This document shows, in pieces, positions 15,248 through 21,917 of a stretch of 21,917 bases of DNA. The position numbers and the translations under genes are program-made. Within the stretch, counting starts at the first letter, position 1. Every line of letters starts with the position of its first letter. The DNA is taken from positions 1 through 21,917 of IMG/VR virus record IMGVR_UViG_2751185961_000012, one strand, 5' to 3'. A model generated the notes under the pieces. The model was given only the letters and a program-made list of their open reading frames with translations. It was not told the DNA's origin and searched no databases. The stretch comes from a virus. Its lineage: Duplodnaviria; Heunggongvirae; Uroviricota; Caudoviricetes.

Positions 15248-16159
15248 TTATGACTCACTTTGTTCTGGAAAAGGGAAAGAAGACAGAACAAGAACCTGTC
15301 GATTTGTTTTATACATGTATTCATTAATGACGTTATGTATATTTTTTAACGCCATGCTAAAATCTTTATCGTATGTAAAGTCTTCTACTTTTATCCTTAA
15401 GTCATTGATAAGAGTGTTTATTCCTATCGTTCTTCCGTGAGAATGCCACTTTCCGTTGTCACTAAGAGCGGTAGCGATCATTTTAGCCCTCGCTTCCTTT
15501 TCCCTCTTGGTAACTAGCTTTCCTCGTTTTGTGTTACCCTGATGAACTGTCCACTCTCTAAATTTATACTCCACAAGCCATTTCTTAAGCAAGTCTATTG
15601 ATAGTTCTCTGGCTTGCTCATATCTCCGCAAGTGCGCCAGATCTAACTGACTAAGCATCATCAGTTCAGCTTGGGTAATGGTTCCTTCTCTGGATTTATT
15701 AATCATTTCTTCAACTTTATCAAGGTATCCCAAAGCGGGAACCCATTTACCGTCCGACGATTGCACTTGAGGATCAATAGGTCCTAATGAAGAAGCATAG
15801 TCCATGTAAATTTTATCTCCAGACATGCACCATATTGTACCTGCCGACATAGCCATGTCTGGAATGATAAAATATACCTCTTGGTAGAAATGCCTTGTAA
15901 TTTCTACCATTTTTTCTACAGACTCAACAGAACCACCGTTTGTATTGAGTATAATAACAAGAAATTTATTGGTACGACTGTTAGCCATCTCACCAATAGC
16001 TTCAAGTTTTGGCTGGTAAACTTCTTTTGACCATGGAAAGATGCCACCGTAGTACGCAATGACGTCACAGTTTGGGAAAAATTTATCCTTAAATTGCTCT
16101 AACTGCCAAGAGATGTATGTTTCTAGTGTTGAATCAAGATTTTGGCTCATTTGATACAA
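15248..16159 (-). CDS. ClpP/SppA-fold serine peptidase-like protein (SDH/S49-like) with helical C-terminal extension, 303 aa
   Basis: Motif blocks typical of the ClpP/crotonase-fold peptidases (IILNTNGGSVESV; IIPDMAMSAGTIWCMSGDKIYMDYASSLGPIDPQ, candidate nucleophile Ser in MSAG); AT-rich; located in the repressor-adjacent slot. Confidence 0.65.
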   Translation of the reverse strand: MYQMSQNLDSTLETYISWQLEQFKDKFFPNCDVIAYYGGIFPWSKEVYQPKLEAIGEMANSRTNKFLVIILNTNGGSVESVEKMVEITRHFYQEVYFIIPDMAMSAGTIWCMSGDKIYMDYASSLGPIDPQVQSSDGKWVPALGYLDKVEEMINKSREGTITQAELMMLSQLDLAHLRRYEQARELSIDLLKKWLVEYKFREWTVHQGNTKRGKLVTKREKEARAKMIATALSDNGKWHSHGRTIGINTLINDLRIKVEDFTYDKDFSMALKNIHNVINEYMYKTNRQVLVLSSFPFPEQSES

Positions 16160-16224
16160 TACCTTGTTATATTAACAATTTACTATAAGATGTTGCACCA
16201 TAGTTTTCGTTAATCACAACTAAA

Positions 16225-16246
16225 ATCACCCAAACATCACCCAAAC
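16225..16246. repeat. Tandem direct repeat, 2 x 11 bp (ATCACCCAAAC), with a third ATCAC about 13 bp upstream
   Basis: Read directly; lies 65-90 bp upstream of the peptidase start codon (minus strand), a plausible regulator-binding or promoter element. Confidence 0.6.
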
Positions 16247-16298
16247 GTCTCTTCAGGTTACTAGTTAACAACAGGCCAAAAATTCTGTCTGAACGTAT

Positions 16299-16324
16299 TG
16301 AAATAAAGGCCGGGAAAGCGGCCT
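16299..16324 (-). terminator. Hairpin terminator (AGGCCG-GGAAAG-CGGCCT) flanked by T/A runs, possibly bidirectional
   Basis: 6-bp GC stem read directly; immediately downstream of the stop of the small signal-peptide ORF; T-run on the plus side (TGTTTTT) and TTTATTTC on the minus side. Confidence 0.45.
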
Positions 16325-16329
16325 TGTTT

Positions 16330-16491
16330 TTAGCGAATACCACCACCGCCAGGACGAGAATCAGCAGAACGACCACCACAACGAGAGCCGTCAGCAGCGG
16401 TATCATTGTCGTGTTGGCAACGACCAGCGAATGATTGAGTCGAAGCTACCAGTGACAACAAAACGAACAATACAGCAAATGATTTTTTCAT
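16330..16491 (-). CDS. Small predicted secreted peptide, about 53 aa (signal peptide plus Gly/Cys-containing 30-aa mature part)
   Basis: Internal ATG of ORF 16330..16563 gives MKKSFAVLFVLLSLVASTQSFA then GRCQHD..., a canonical signal peptide; weak Shine-Dalgarno; same strand as cI and directly downstream of it. Confidence 0.4.
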   Translation of the reverse strand: MKKSFAVLFVLLSLVASTQSFAGRCQHDNDTAADGSRCGGRSADSRPGGGGIR

Positions 16492-16587
16492 GTAAGACTC
16501 TATAGGTTGTGGGCAACTCAGATAATAATGCCAGAAAATCGCTTCCCAAGCATCTCCCGGCAAGGTTATTAATATCGCTCTGTGAGC

Positions 16588-17301
16588 TCAATCAAAAGTA
16601 TCATCATTCCACTGCGATTTGATGACCTTTCCGACAAACTGGCAGTTTTCGTTACACTCAATCATGTCGAATCGTGGGTTGAGCGGCTCCAGGTACGCTT
16701 TACCGCTCTCACGAATGAATCGTTTGAAGGTGAATTCATCGCCGTTCATTCGGGCCACGCAAAAATCGCCATCCTCGATTTCCCGTTCAGGGTCAACGAG
16801 TATCAGCATACCTTCAGGGAAGCTGGGTTTACCTCCCTGTGGCGCGGTCATTGAATGCCCCTTAACTTCCAGCCAGAACGACCTGTTACTGGCTTTTGTG
16901 GTGGTGGAGATCCACTTAATCGCATCCTTTGCGGTGTACGAAATATCATCCATTGTGAATGCGCCAGCCTGTACGCAGGAGAGTAACGGATATTCGTAAG
17001 CAGGGACACGAGTTAATGGCTCTTCAATCGCGAGCGCCATTTCTGCAATAGATTTTGCCAAGCTGGGGCTGAAATCTCCGACCTTTACATTCAGTAACTT
17101 AGCAAGCTGCGCTGCGTGACTGGCATTTATGGCGTTGATGCCAGCCATTAGCTGATTAACGGCACTTTGGGTAACACCTAGTTCATAGGCTAATGACTCC
17201 TGTGACAAGCCTAACTCTTTCTTTTTAGCGATGAAAATGCTTTTAAGACGCTTGGCGTCTTCCAGTTGCTCAGGGGTTAACGGTTTCTTTTTCATGTTCA
17301 T
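16588..17301 (-). CDS. cI: Lambda-type CI repressor (N-terminal HTH, C-terminal S24/LexA-like autocleavage domain)
   Basis: 237 aa, collinear with lambda CI as recalled ([17 protein letters not shown] ... LGLSQESLA ... [31 protein letters not shown] ... [19 protein letters not shown] ... LEPLNP); divergent from cro. Confidence 0.9.
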   Translation of the reverse strand: MNMKKKPLTPEQLEDAKRLKSIFIAKKKELGLSQESLAYELGVTQSAVNQLMAGINAINASHAAQLAKLLNVKVGDFSPSLAKSIAEMALAIEEPLTRVPAYEYPLLSCVQAGAFTMDDISYTAKDAIKWISTTTKASNRSFWLEVKGHSMTAPQGGKPSFPEGMLILVDPEREIEDGDFCVARMNGDEFTFKRFIRESGKAYLEPLNPRFDMIECNENCQFVGKVIKSQWNDDTFD

Positions 17302-17396
17302 ACCATATCACCTTTGGTTATATGTAATGAAATATCTGCGGTGTTGACACTTTAATAACTGTGCGTAATGATATGGGCATTTTGAAGGAGTCAGTT
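17302..17396. promoter_or_regulatory. cI-cro intergenic switch region: operator-like sites, rightward promoter and Shine-Dalgarno for cro
   Basis: Lambda-like operator half-sites (TATCACC in TATCACCTTTGGTTATA; CTGCGGTG resembling lambda CTGGCGGTG); perfect -35 TTGACA at about 17344-17349 with a weaker -10 (AATGAT/TAATGA) 16-17 nt downstream; AAGGAG at 17385-17390. Confidence 0.6.
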
Positions 17397-17600
17397 ATGG
17401 CGATGAAAAAAGAGACCCTGGCTGATTACGTATACAGGTTCGGTCAGAAGAAAGCCGCTAAGGACTTTGGTGTGGCGCAGAGCGCGATCAGTAAAGCGCT
17501 TCTTGTCGGACGTGAAATTTACGTCAAAACCTTTGATGACGGCAGAGTTGAGGCGGAAGAGGTTCGACCGTTCCCTGCGTTCGTAAGAGGCGATGATTAA
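17397..17600 (+). CDS. cro: Cro-like repressor
   Basis: About 67 aa with lambda Cro-like blocks ([28 protein letters not shown] ... [12 protein letters not shown]); AAGGAG Shine-Dalgarno 6 nt upstream of ATG at 17397. Confidence 0.75.
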   Translation: MAMKKETLADYVYRFGQKKAAKDFGVAQSAISKALLVGREIYVKTFDDGRVEAEEVRPFPAFVRGDD

Positions 17601-17630
17601 TCCTGGACACACAGCCCATCGGAGGTGTGA

Positions 17631-17924
17631 GTGAACAGGCAAATCAAAACGGTTATGCCCGATCAGTACAGCGATGCTGATCGGGACTGGATACAGGAGC
17701 AATTGTTACAGCTAGACCCGACCACCAGGGTAAAAATTGCAGCAGAGTACGCGAGAGTGTACCAGGAAGAGTGGGACAAGGAGCCTGTATCGTTCAGGAA
17801 GGGCAACAGGGCAAGACGGAGCGCCAACACCCGGTTACGGGTGTATGTCCAGAAGTACGCGAGAGCCAGCCGTGGCTGGATGCTTTCGCCAGTAGCGGTA
17901 CGGAAGTTTCCCCCGACACCATGA
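17631..17924 (+). CDS. Hypothetical basic protein in the cII-equivalent position, 97 aa
   Basis: GTG start with GGAGG Shine-Dalgarno 5 nt upstream; Arg-rich C-terminus; no similarity to lambda CII recognised. Confidence 0.5.
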   Translation: MNRQIKTVMPDQYSDADRDWIQEQLLQLDPTTRVKIAAEYARVYQEEWDKEPVSFRKGNRARRSANTRLRVYVQKYARASRGWMLSPVAVRKFPPTP

Positions 17925-18131
17925 TGGCGGTTAGTTGTGCTAGAAATAATTTCACATGCAACTAATTTCCTGAAAGGAAGCGAGGAGGGGGTAAGGGGGT
18001 GGAGTCGTTGGTAAGGCCTGTATCCCTTGGCCTAGGCCAGAAGGCAGGTACATAGGTTAGGTAGATCACTGTATAAGCGCGCGATAGTTTCTGGTGAAAT
18101 AATTATCGAGCTAACTATTGAGTGATAAACT

Positions 18132-18509
18132 ATGTCAGCAGCAACCAAATCGGCACTGATCCGTACACTGAGCACTGTACCACTGAGAACAGAGGAGCGT
18201 TACAGCTTTCTGGCTGATGTTGTAACGCTCCTTGAGTCACAGGGGATGCATGTGGCAAGCAATGTCACAGTAAGAATCGATGGCAGAAATTTCCGTGTTG
18301 ATATTCTCGCAACAGCAAAAACTGGTGGGAGTGTGGCTATCGAGATCGATCGTAGCTCTCCGCGATCCCGCTCAGTCATGAAATTGCGTGAATTGGCACG
18401 TCGTGGCACTGAAGGCTTTGTGTTGCTTCGAATGCCAAAGAAACTGACCAGTTATAGCGATGCTGGGATCGATATCATCCCGGCGAATGGCAAGGGGGCG
18501 TCATGCTGA
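18132..18509 (+). CDS. Hypothetical protein, 125 aa, first gene of the replication module
   Basis: Translationally coupled to the helicase gene (overlapping stop and start); possible nuclease-like D...E-x-D arrangement (FRVDIL ... AIEIDR) is speculative. Confidence 0.5.
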   Translation: MSAATKSALIRTLSTVPLRTEERYSFLADVVTLLESQGMHVASNVTVRIDGRNFRVDILATAKTGGSVAIEIDRSSPRSRSVMKLRELARRGTEGFVLLRMPKKLTSYSDAGIDIIPANGKGASC

Positions 18510-20023
18510 AAATCACCCCAAACTTTGCTCAGGAGCGCGGTTTAAACCAGCTGCGGCACCAGTGGAAACAGCATCGCACGTACCTGATGTATGCACCCAC
18601 TGGCTCTGGCAAAACTGGTCTTGCAGCATTCGTCACTGCCGGAATGGTTGAACGTGGTATGCGGGTGATGTTTGTCTGTCCGTACACCATCCTGCTGAAC
18701 CAGACAGCGGAACGTTTCACCGAATACGGTTTGCCCTGGGAAGAAATCAGTTTTGTATGGCGTGATCACCCTAACTATGACCCGTCACGACTGATTCAGA
18801 TTGCCAGTGCCGACACGCTGATCCGTCGTGAGTTTCCTGACAACATCGATCTGCTGATCATCGATGAAGCACACATGAAGCGTCGTGCGTTACTTGAGGT
18901 TATCCGGGACAGAGACATCAGGGTTCTTGGACTTTCCGGCACCCCGTTCGCAGCCTGGATGGGGAAGTACTACGAATGCCTGCTCAAGCCTACAACGATT
19001 CGTGAACTTATTCAGCGTGGTGATCTGAGCGATTACGAGTTTTTTGCCCCCTCAATGCCTGATCTGGCTGGCGTAAAAACCAGTAACACCGTATTTGGAC
19101 GGGATTACAACGAGGAGCAGCTCGCATCCATCATGGGGAGTTCGGATCTGGTTGGCGATATCGTTCGCAACTGGCTTGAGAATGGCGAGGATTTGCCGAC
19201 GATCTGCTTCTGCGTGAATGTTGCGCATGCGAATTTTGTTACCCGTGAGTTTTTACAGGCCGGTATTGGTGCAGAGGTGATGACGGCAGATACCCTCCAT
19301 GATGAACGACAGGACATCATTCGCCGTTTTGAAGAGGGCGCGACCAAAATAATTGTCAACGTTGGTGTACTGGTTGCGGGATTTGACAGCGATGTTCGCT
19401 GCCTGATCTACGCCCGTCCGACAAAATCAGAAATCCGTTGGTTGCAGTGCATAGGTAGAGCGTTACGTACAGCCCCAGGTAAAAAACGTGCGTTGATTTT
19501 CGACCATTCTGGTACGGTTCATCGGCTGGGCTTCCCCGAGGATATCGAGTATGACGAACTGCCGGGTAAAAATGACGGAATGAAAGCGTCTGCTGGCGGT
19601 GGCGAGGTTAAGGCTGAGAAACTTCCCAGAGAATGCCCCAAATGCCACTTCATGAAGCCTGCTGGTGTACACATGTGTCCCAAATGTGGGTTTCGTCCTC
19701 TTGGTGGCGATGATGTGGCAACAGACCGCGATCGAAAACTCTCTCGCGTAAACAAAGGGAAACGCGAATACAGTCGCGAGGAAAAGCAGCGTTGGTGGAG
19801 TGAGATCAAGGGGTATCAGAATTACCGCAACGCGACGGGTAAACCCCTGAGTGACGGATGGTGCGCTCATACCTACAAGGAGAAGTTCGGTGTGTGGCCT
19901 AAAGGCTTCAGTAATGCGCCGCTGCAAACCTCAGTTGAGGTATACAACTTCATCAAGTCAAAGACCATTGCCTATGCCAAAGGGCGCAAGAAAGCCATGA
20001 CAGGAGGCCAGCATGCAGACTAA
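18503..20023 (+). CDS. Superfamily-2 DEAD/DEAH-box DNA helicase with C-terminal zinc ribbon (phage replication helicase)
   Basis: Walker A APTGSGKT, DEAH box LLIIDEAHM, further helicase motifs (LSGTP; QCIGRALR); C-terminal CPKCHF...CPKCGF zinc ribbon. Confidence 0.85.
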   Translation: MLKITPNFAQERGLNQLRHQWKQHRTYLMYAPTGSGKTGLAAFVTAGMVERGMRVMFVCPYTILLNQTAERFTEYGLPWEEISFVWRDHPNYDPSRLIQIASADTLIRREFPDNIDLLIIDEAHMKRRALLEVIRDRDIRVLGLSGTPFAAWMGKYYECLLKPTTIRELIQRGDLSDYEFFAPSMPDLAGVKTSNTVFGRDYNEEQLASIMGSSDLVGDIVRNWLENGEDLPTICFCVNVAHANFVTREFLQAGIGAEVMTADTLHDERQDIIRRFEEGATKIIVNVGVLVAGFDSDVRCLIYARPTKSEIRWLQCIGRALRTAPGKKRALIFDHSGTVHRLGFPEDIEYDELPGKNDGMKASAGGGEVKAEKLPRECPKCHFMKPAGVHMCPKCGFRPLGGDDVATDRDRKLSRVNKGKREYSREEKQRWWSEIKGYQNYRNATGKPLSDGWCAHTYKEKFGVWPKGFSNAPLQTSVEVYNFIKSKTIAYAKGRKKAMTGGQHAD

Positions 20024-20984
20024 GAAGGCAGCGGCCGGGCATTGGGGGCGAATTTTTGAATATTACGGCATGCCTCCTGTTACTGGCTTGAAACATTATA
20101 GCGGCCCCTGCCCGATATGTGGTGCCAGAGGTAAATTTCGCTGTGATGATAAGGATGGTTCCGGTTCATGGATTTGTGTCTGTGGTCACGGGGACGGGAT
20201 GAATCTGTTGCAACTTGCCACGGGTAAGCCCTGGGTGACGTTGTGTGATGAAATCGATCGGCTGATCGGAAATACCTGGAAGAGGGAGAAAGTCAGCCAG
20301 CCTGTAACAGAGATAAGCAGAAAGCGGGAGCTGGTCATAGATAAGTTTGCCGGACTCCCGTGTCTGCGGGGTACAACAGGTGAGGCGTACCTGCAGGGGA
20401 GGGGAATACTCCAGTTACCGACCGAATCCGTGCGTTTTTGTGACCGTCAGATCGCCAGCGGGCGCGAATATCAGGCAATTTACGCTATTGCAACAGATGA
20501 CAAAGGTTCTCTTTGCTATCTGCATCGTACGTTGCTGGATGGTGATCGCAAGGCGAATGTAGAGGCGGCTAAAAAAATGACCGCGCTACAGGAGTTGCCT
20601 GGTTTGCAGCATGCCAAATCGGTGGCAATACGCCTGTATCCGGTGTCGTCCACTCTGGGGATAGCCGAGGGTATCGAAACTGCGCTTTCATGCCGTCAAA
20701 TCTTCCGCTGCAATGTGTGGTCAACAATGAACTCCGGTTTTATGGAGAAGTTTATTGCGCCACCAGGCGTTAATCACCTGATTATCTTTGCAGACAATGA
20801 TGAGCACGGCGCAGGTCTGGCGGCTGCCTTTAAATGTGGGCATAAGAATCTCATGAGTCGTAATGACGTTGAGAAGGTCAGCATTCGCTGGCCTGACTTG
20901 CCGGATTTTAACGACATGCTCATTCAGGGGTGTGAAGCCCGTGAACATGTGTTGACGCGCAAATTCAAAGCGGAGGCTGCCTGA
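20013..20984 (+). CDS. Toprim-domain DNA primase with N-terminal zinc-binding domain
   Basis: N-terminal Cys/His cluster (CPICGARGKFRCDD ... WICVCGHGDG) and toprim signatures (IAEGIETALS; IIFADNDEHGAG); overlaps the helicase gene end by 11 nt. Confidence 0.75.
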   Translation: MQTKKAAAGHWGRIFEYYGMPPVTGLKHYSGPCPICGARGKFRCDDKDGSGSWICVCGHGDGMNLLQLATGKPWVTLCDEIDRLIGNTWKREKVSQPVTEISRKRELVIDKFAGLPCLRGTTGEAYLQGRGILQLPTESVRFCDRQIASGREYQAIYAIATDDKGSLCYLHRTLLDGDRKANVEAAKKMTALQELPGLQHAKSVAIRLYPVSSTLGIAEGIETALSCRQIFRCNVWSTMNSGFMEKFIAPPGVNHLIIFADNDEHGAGLAAAFKCGHKNLMSRNDVEKVSIRWPDLPDFNDMLIQGCEAREHVLTRKFKAEAA

Positions 20985-21433
20985 TGGAAATAGAGATGAT
21001 CAAGGCGGCTAATGGCGTATTTGTACCGGCGTATGAGCGCGATTTACCCCGACTGGCAAAATTTAAAAACGGTGAGCTGTATACACTGGAAGCAAAACTT
21101 ACCCGTAACCCATCTTTTCACCGGAAGATGTTCGCTTTTCTTAATTTCTGCTTTCAGTACTGGTGCGCTGAACATGCTGGATACGAATTCTCTGATGAAG
21201 CGACGCAGTTTGATGAGTTTCGTAAAAATCTGACAATTCTTGCCGGGTTCTATGATGTGGTCACAACCATAAGAGGCGAGGTGAGATATCGGGCAAAAAG
21301 CCTGAGTTACGCGAATATGGATCAGGATGAGTTTGAACGTTGCTACAACGCAATGATTAATGCCGCGTTAAAGCATGTGTTTGGGCGCTCAAACAGCCCT
21401 GAACTGAATAACCGCCTGCTGTCGTTTTTCTGA
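20984..21433 (+). CDS. DUF1367-like phage protein (possibly NinB-related)
   Basis: 149 aa; motif [16 protein letters not shown] loosely resembles the NinB QNRKLWA...W block; located immediately upstream of ninG as ninB is in lambda; family recalled, not verified. Confidence 0.5.
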   Translation: MEIEMIKAANGVFVPAYERDLPRLAKFKNGELYTLEAKLTRNPSFHRKMFAFLNFCFQYWCAEHAGYEFSDEATQFDEFRKNLTILAGFYDVVTTIRGEVRYRAKSLSYANMDQDEFERCYNAMINAALKHVFGRSNSPELNNRLLSFF

Positions 21434-21437
21434 GGTG

Positions 21438-21917
21438 ATGATGAAGCAACGTAAACCCAAAAAATGCAAAGTGTGCGGCTCCTCGTTTGTGCCGTTCCGC
21501 TCATATCAGAAAGTTTGCTGTGGTCAGTGCGCACTGGAACTGGTCAGAAAAGAAAAGGCGATAACTTCAGCAAAAGAGCAGGCAGACAAGCTGAAAGCGC
21601 GCAGGAGGGACTTACAGCCCCGCAGTTACTGGATTAAGCAGGCACAACAGGCTGTGAATGCTTATATCAGGGAGCGGGACCGTCATTTGCCGTGTGTTTC
21701 ATGCGGGACGTTAGATTCAGCCCAGTGGGATGCTGGCCATTACCGTACAACAGCTGCGGCACCTCAGCTCAGATTTGATGAACGCAATATCCATAAGCAA
21801 TGCGTGGTGTGTAACCAATACAAAAGCGGAAATCTCGTTCCGTATCGCGTCGAACTGATTAGCCGCATCGGGCAGGAAGCAGTAGATGAAATCGAATCAA
21901 ACCATAACCGCCATCGC
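21438..21917 (+). CDS. ninG: NinG/Rap-family recombination protein, 5' partial (continues past window end)
   Basis: N-terminal 160 aa match lambda NinG as recalled (CxxC zinc ribbon; [32 protein letters not shown] ... [17 protein letters not shown] ... [43 protein letters not shown]); GAGG Shine-Dalgarno upstream; no stop within the window. Confidence 0.8.
   Translation, partial: MMKQRKPKKCKVCGSSFVPFRSYQKVCCGQCALELVRKEKAITSAKEQADKLKARRRDLQPRSYWIKQAQQAVNAYIRERDRHLPCVSCGTLDSAQWDAGHYRTTAAAPQLRFDERNIHKQCVVCNQYKSGNLVPYRVELISRIGQEAVDEIESNHNRHR

Noticed and set aside
16167-16406. 79-aa ORF with a poly-Val/Leu stretch resembling a transmembrane helix, just upstream of the peptidase gene
   Set aside because: It overlaps the signal-peptide ORF in another frame and reads through the terminator hairpin and the 11-bp direct repeats; the hydrophobic run comes from a GGTGGTG-rich sequence; no ribosome-binding site. 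It cannot be excluded entirely, and a small membrane partner of the peptidase would be interesting.
16619-16999. Plus-strand ORFs antisense to cI, and ORFs inside the helicase gene on the minus strand (18529..18769, 19105..19359, 19463..19927)
   Set aside because: They are opposite strongly supported, motif-rich genes; shadow ORFs.
1-21917. Integrase, att sites, N and Q antiterminators, lysis and structural genes
   Set aside because: Not found in this window. The integrase is presumably just left of position 1, and Q and the late genes right of 21917. Their absence here is not evidence of absence from the element.

Overview
This window is the early/immunity region of a lambdoid (lambda-like) prophage, read from the integrase-proximal end to the start of the nin region. 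Coordinates 1-13552 are a leftward (minus-strand) early operon: an AlpA/Xis-like gene, small hypothetical genes, an MT-A70 adenine methyltransferase, DUF551 and ASCH-like proteins, a lambda-type Exo, a RecT-family recombinase with a Bet-like tail, a Gam-like gene and antirepressor-type genes. The immunity core is a lambda-type CI repressor (16588-17301, minus) divergent from Cro (17397-17600, plus) with operator-like half-sites between them. Rightward of Cro lie an SF2 helicase, a toprim primase, a DUF1367 protein and a partial NinG. The accessory content is the interesting part: a counter-oriented HigB2/HigA2-like toxin-antitoxin pair plus a zinc-ribbon/DUF4145 protein (3180-4839), a HicA/HicB pair behind a perfect consensus promoter (14307-14960), and a ClpP-fold serine peptidase with a small signal-peptide ORF directly downstream of cI (15248-16491). 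The peptidase cassette is my best candidate for an undescribed lysogen-expressed defence or exclusion function. All family calls rest on motif recognition by eye, with no database search run. Some protein comparisons (lambda Exo, Bet, Gam, NinG, HigB2) are from memory. Small-motif coordinates may be off by 1-2 nt.
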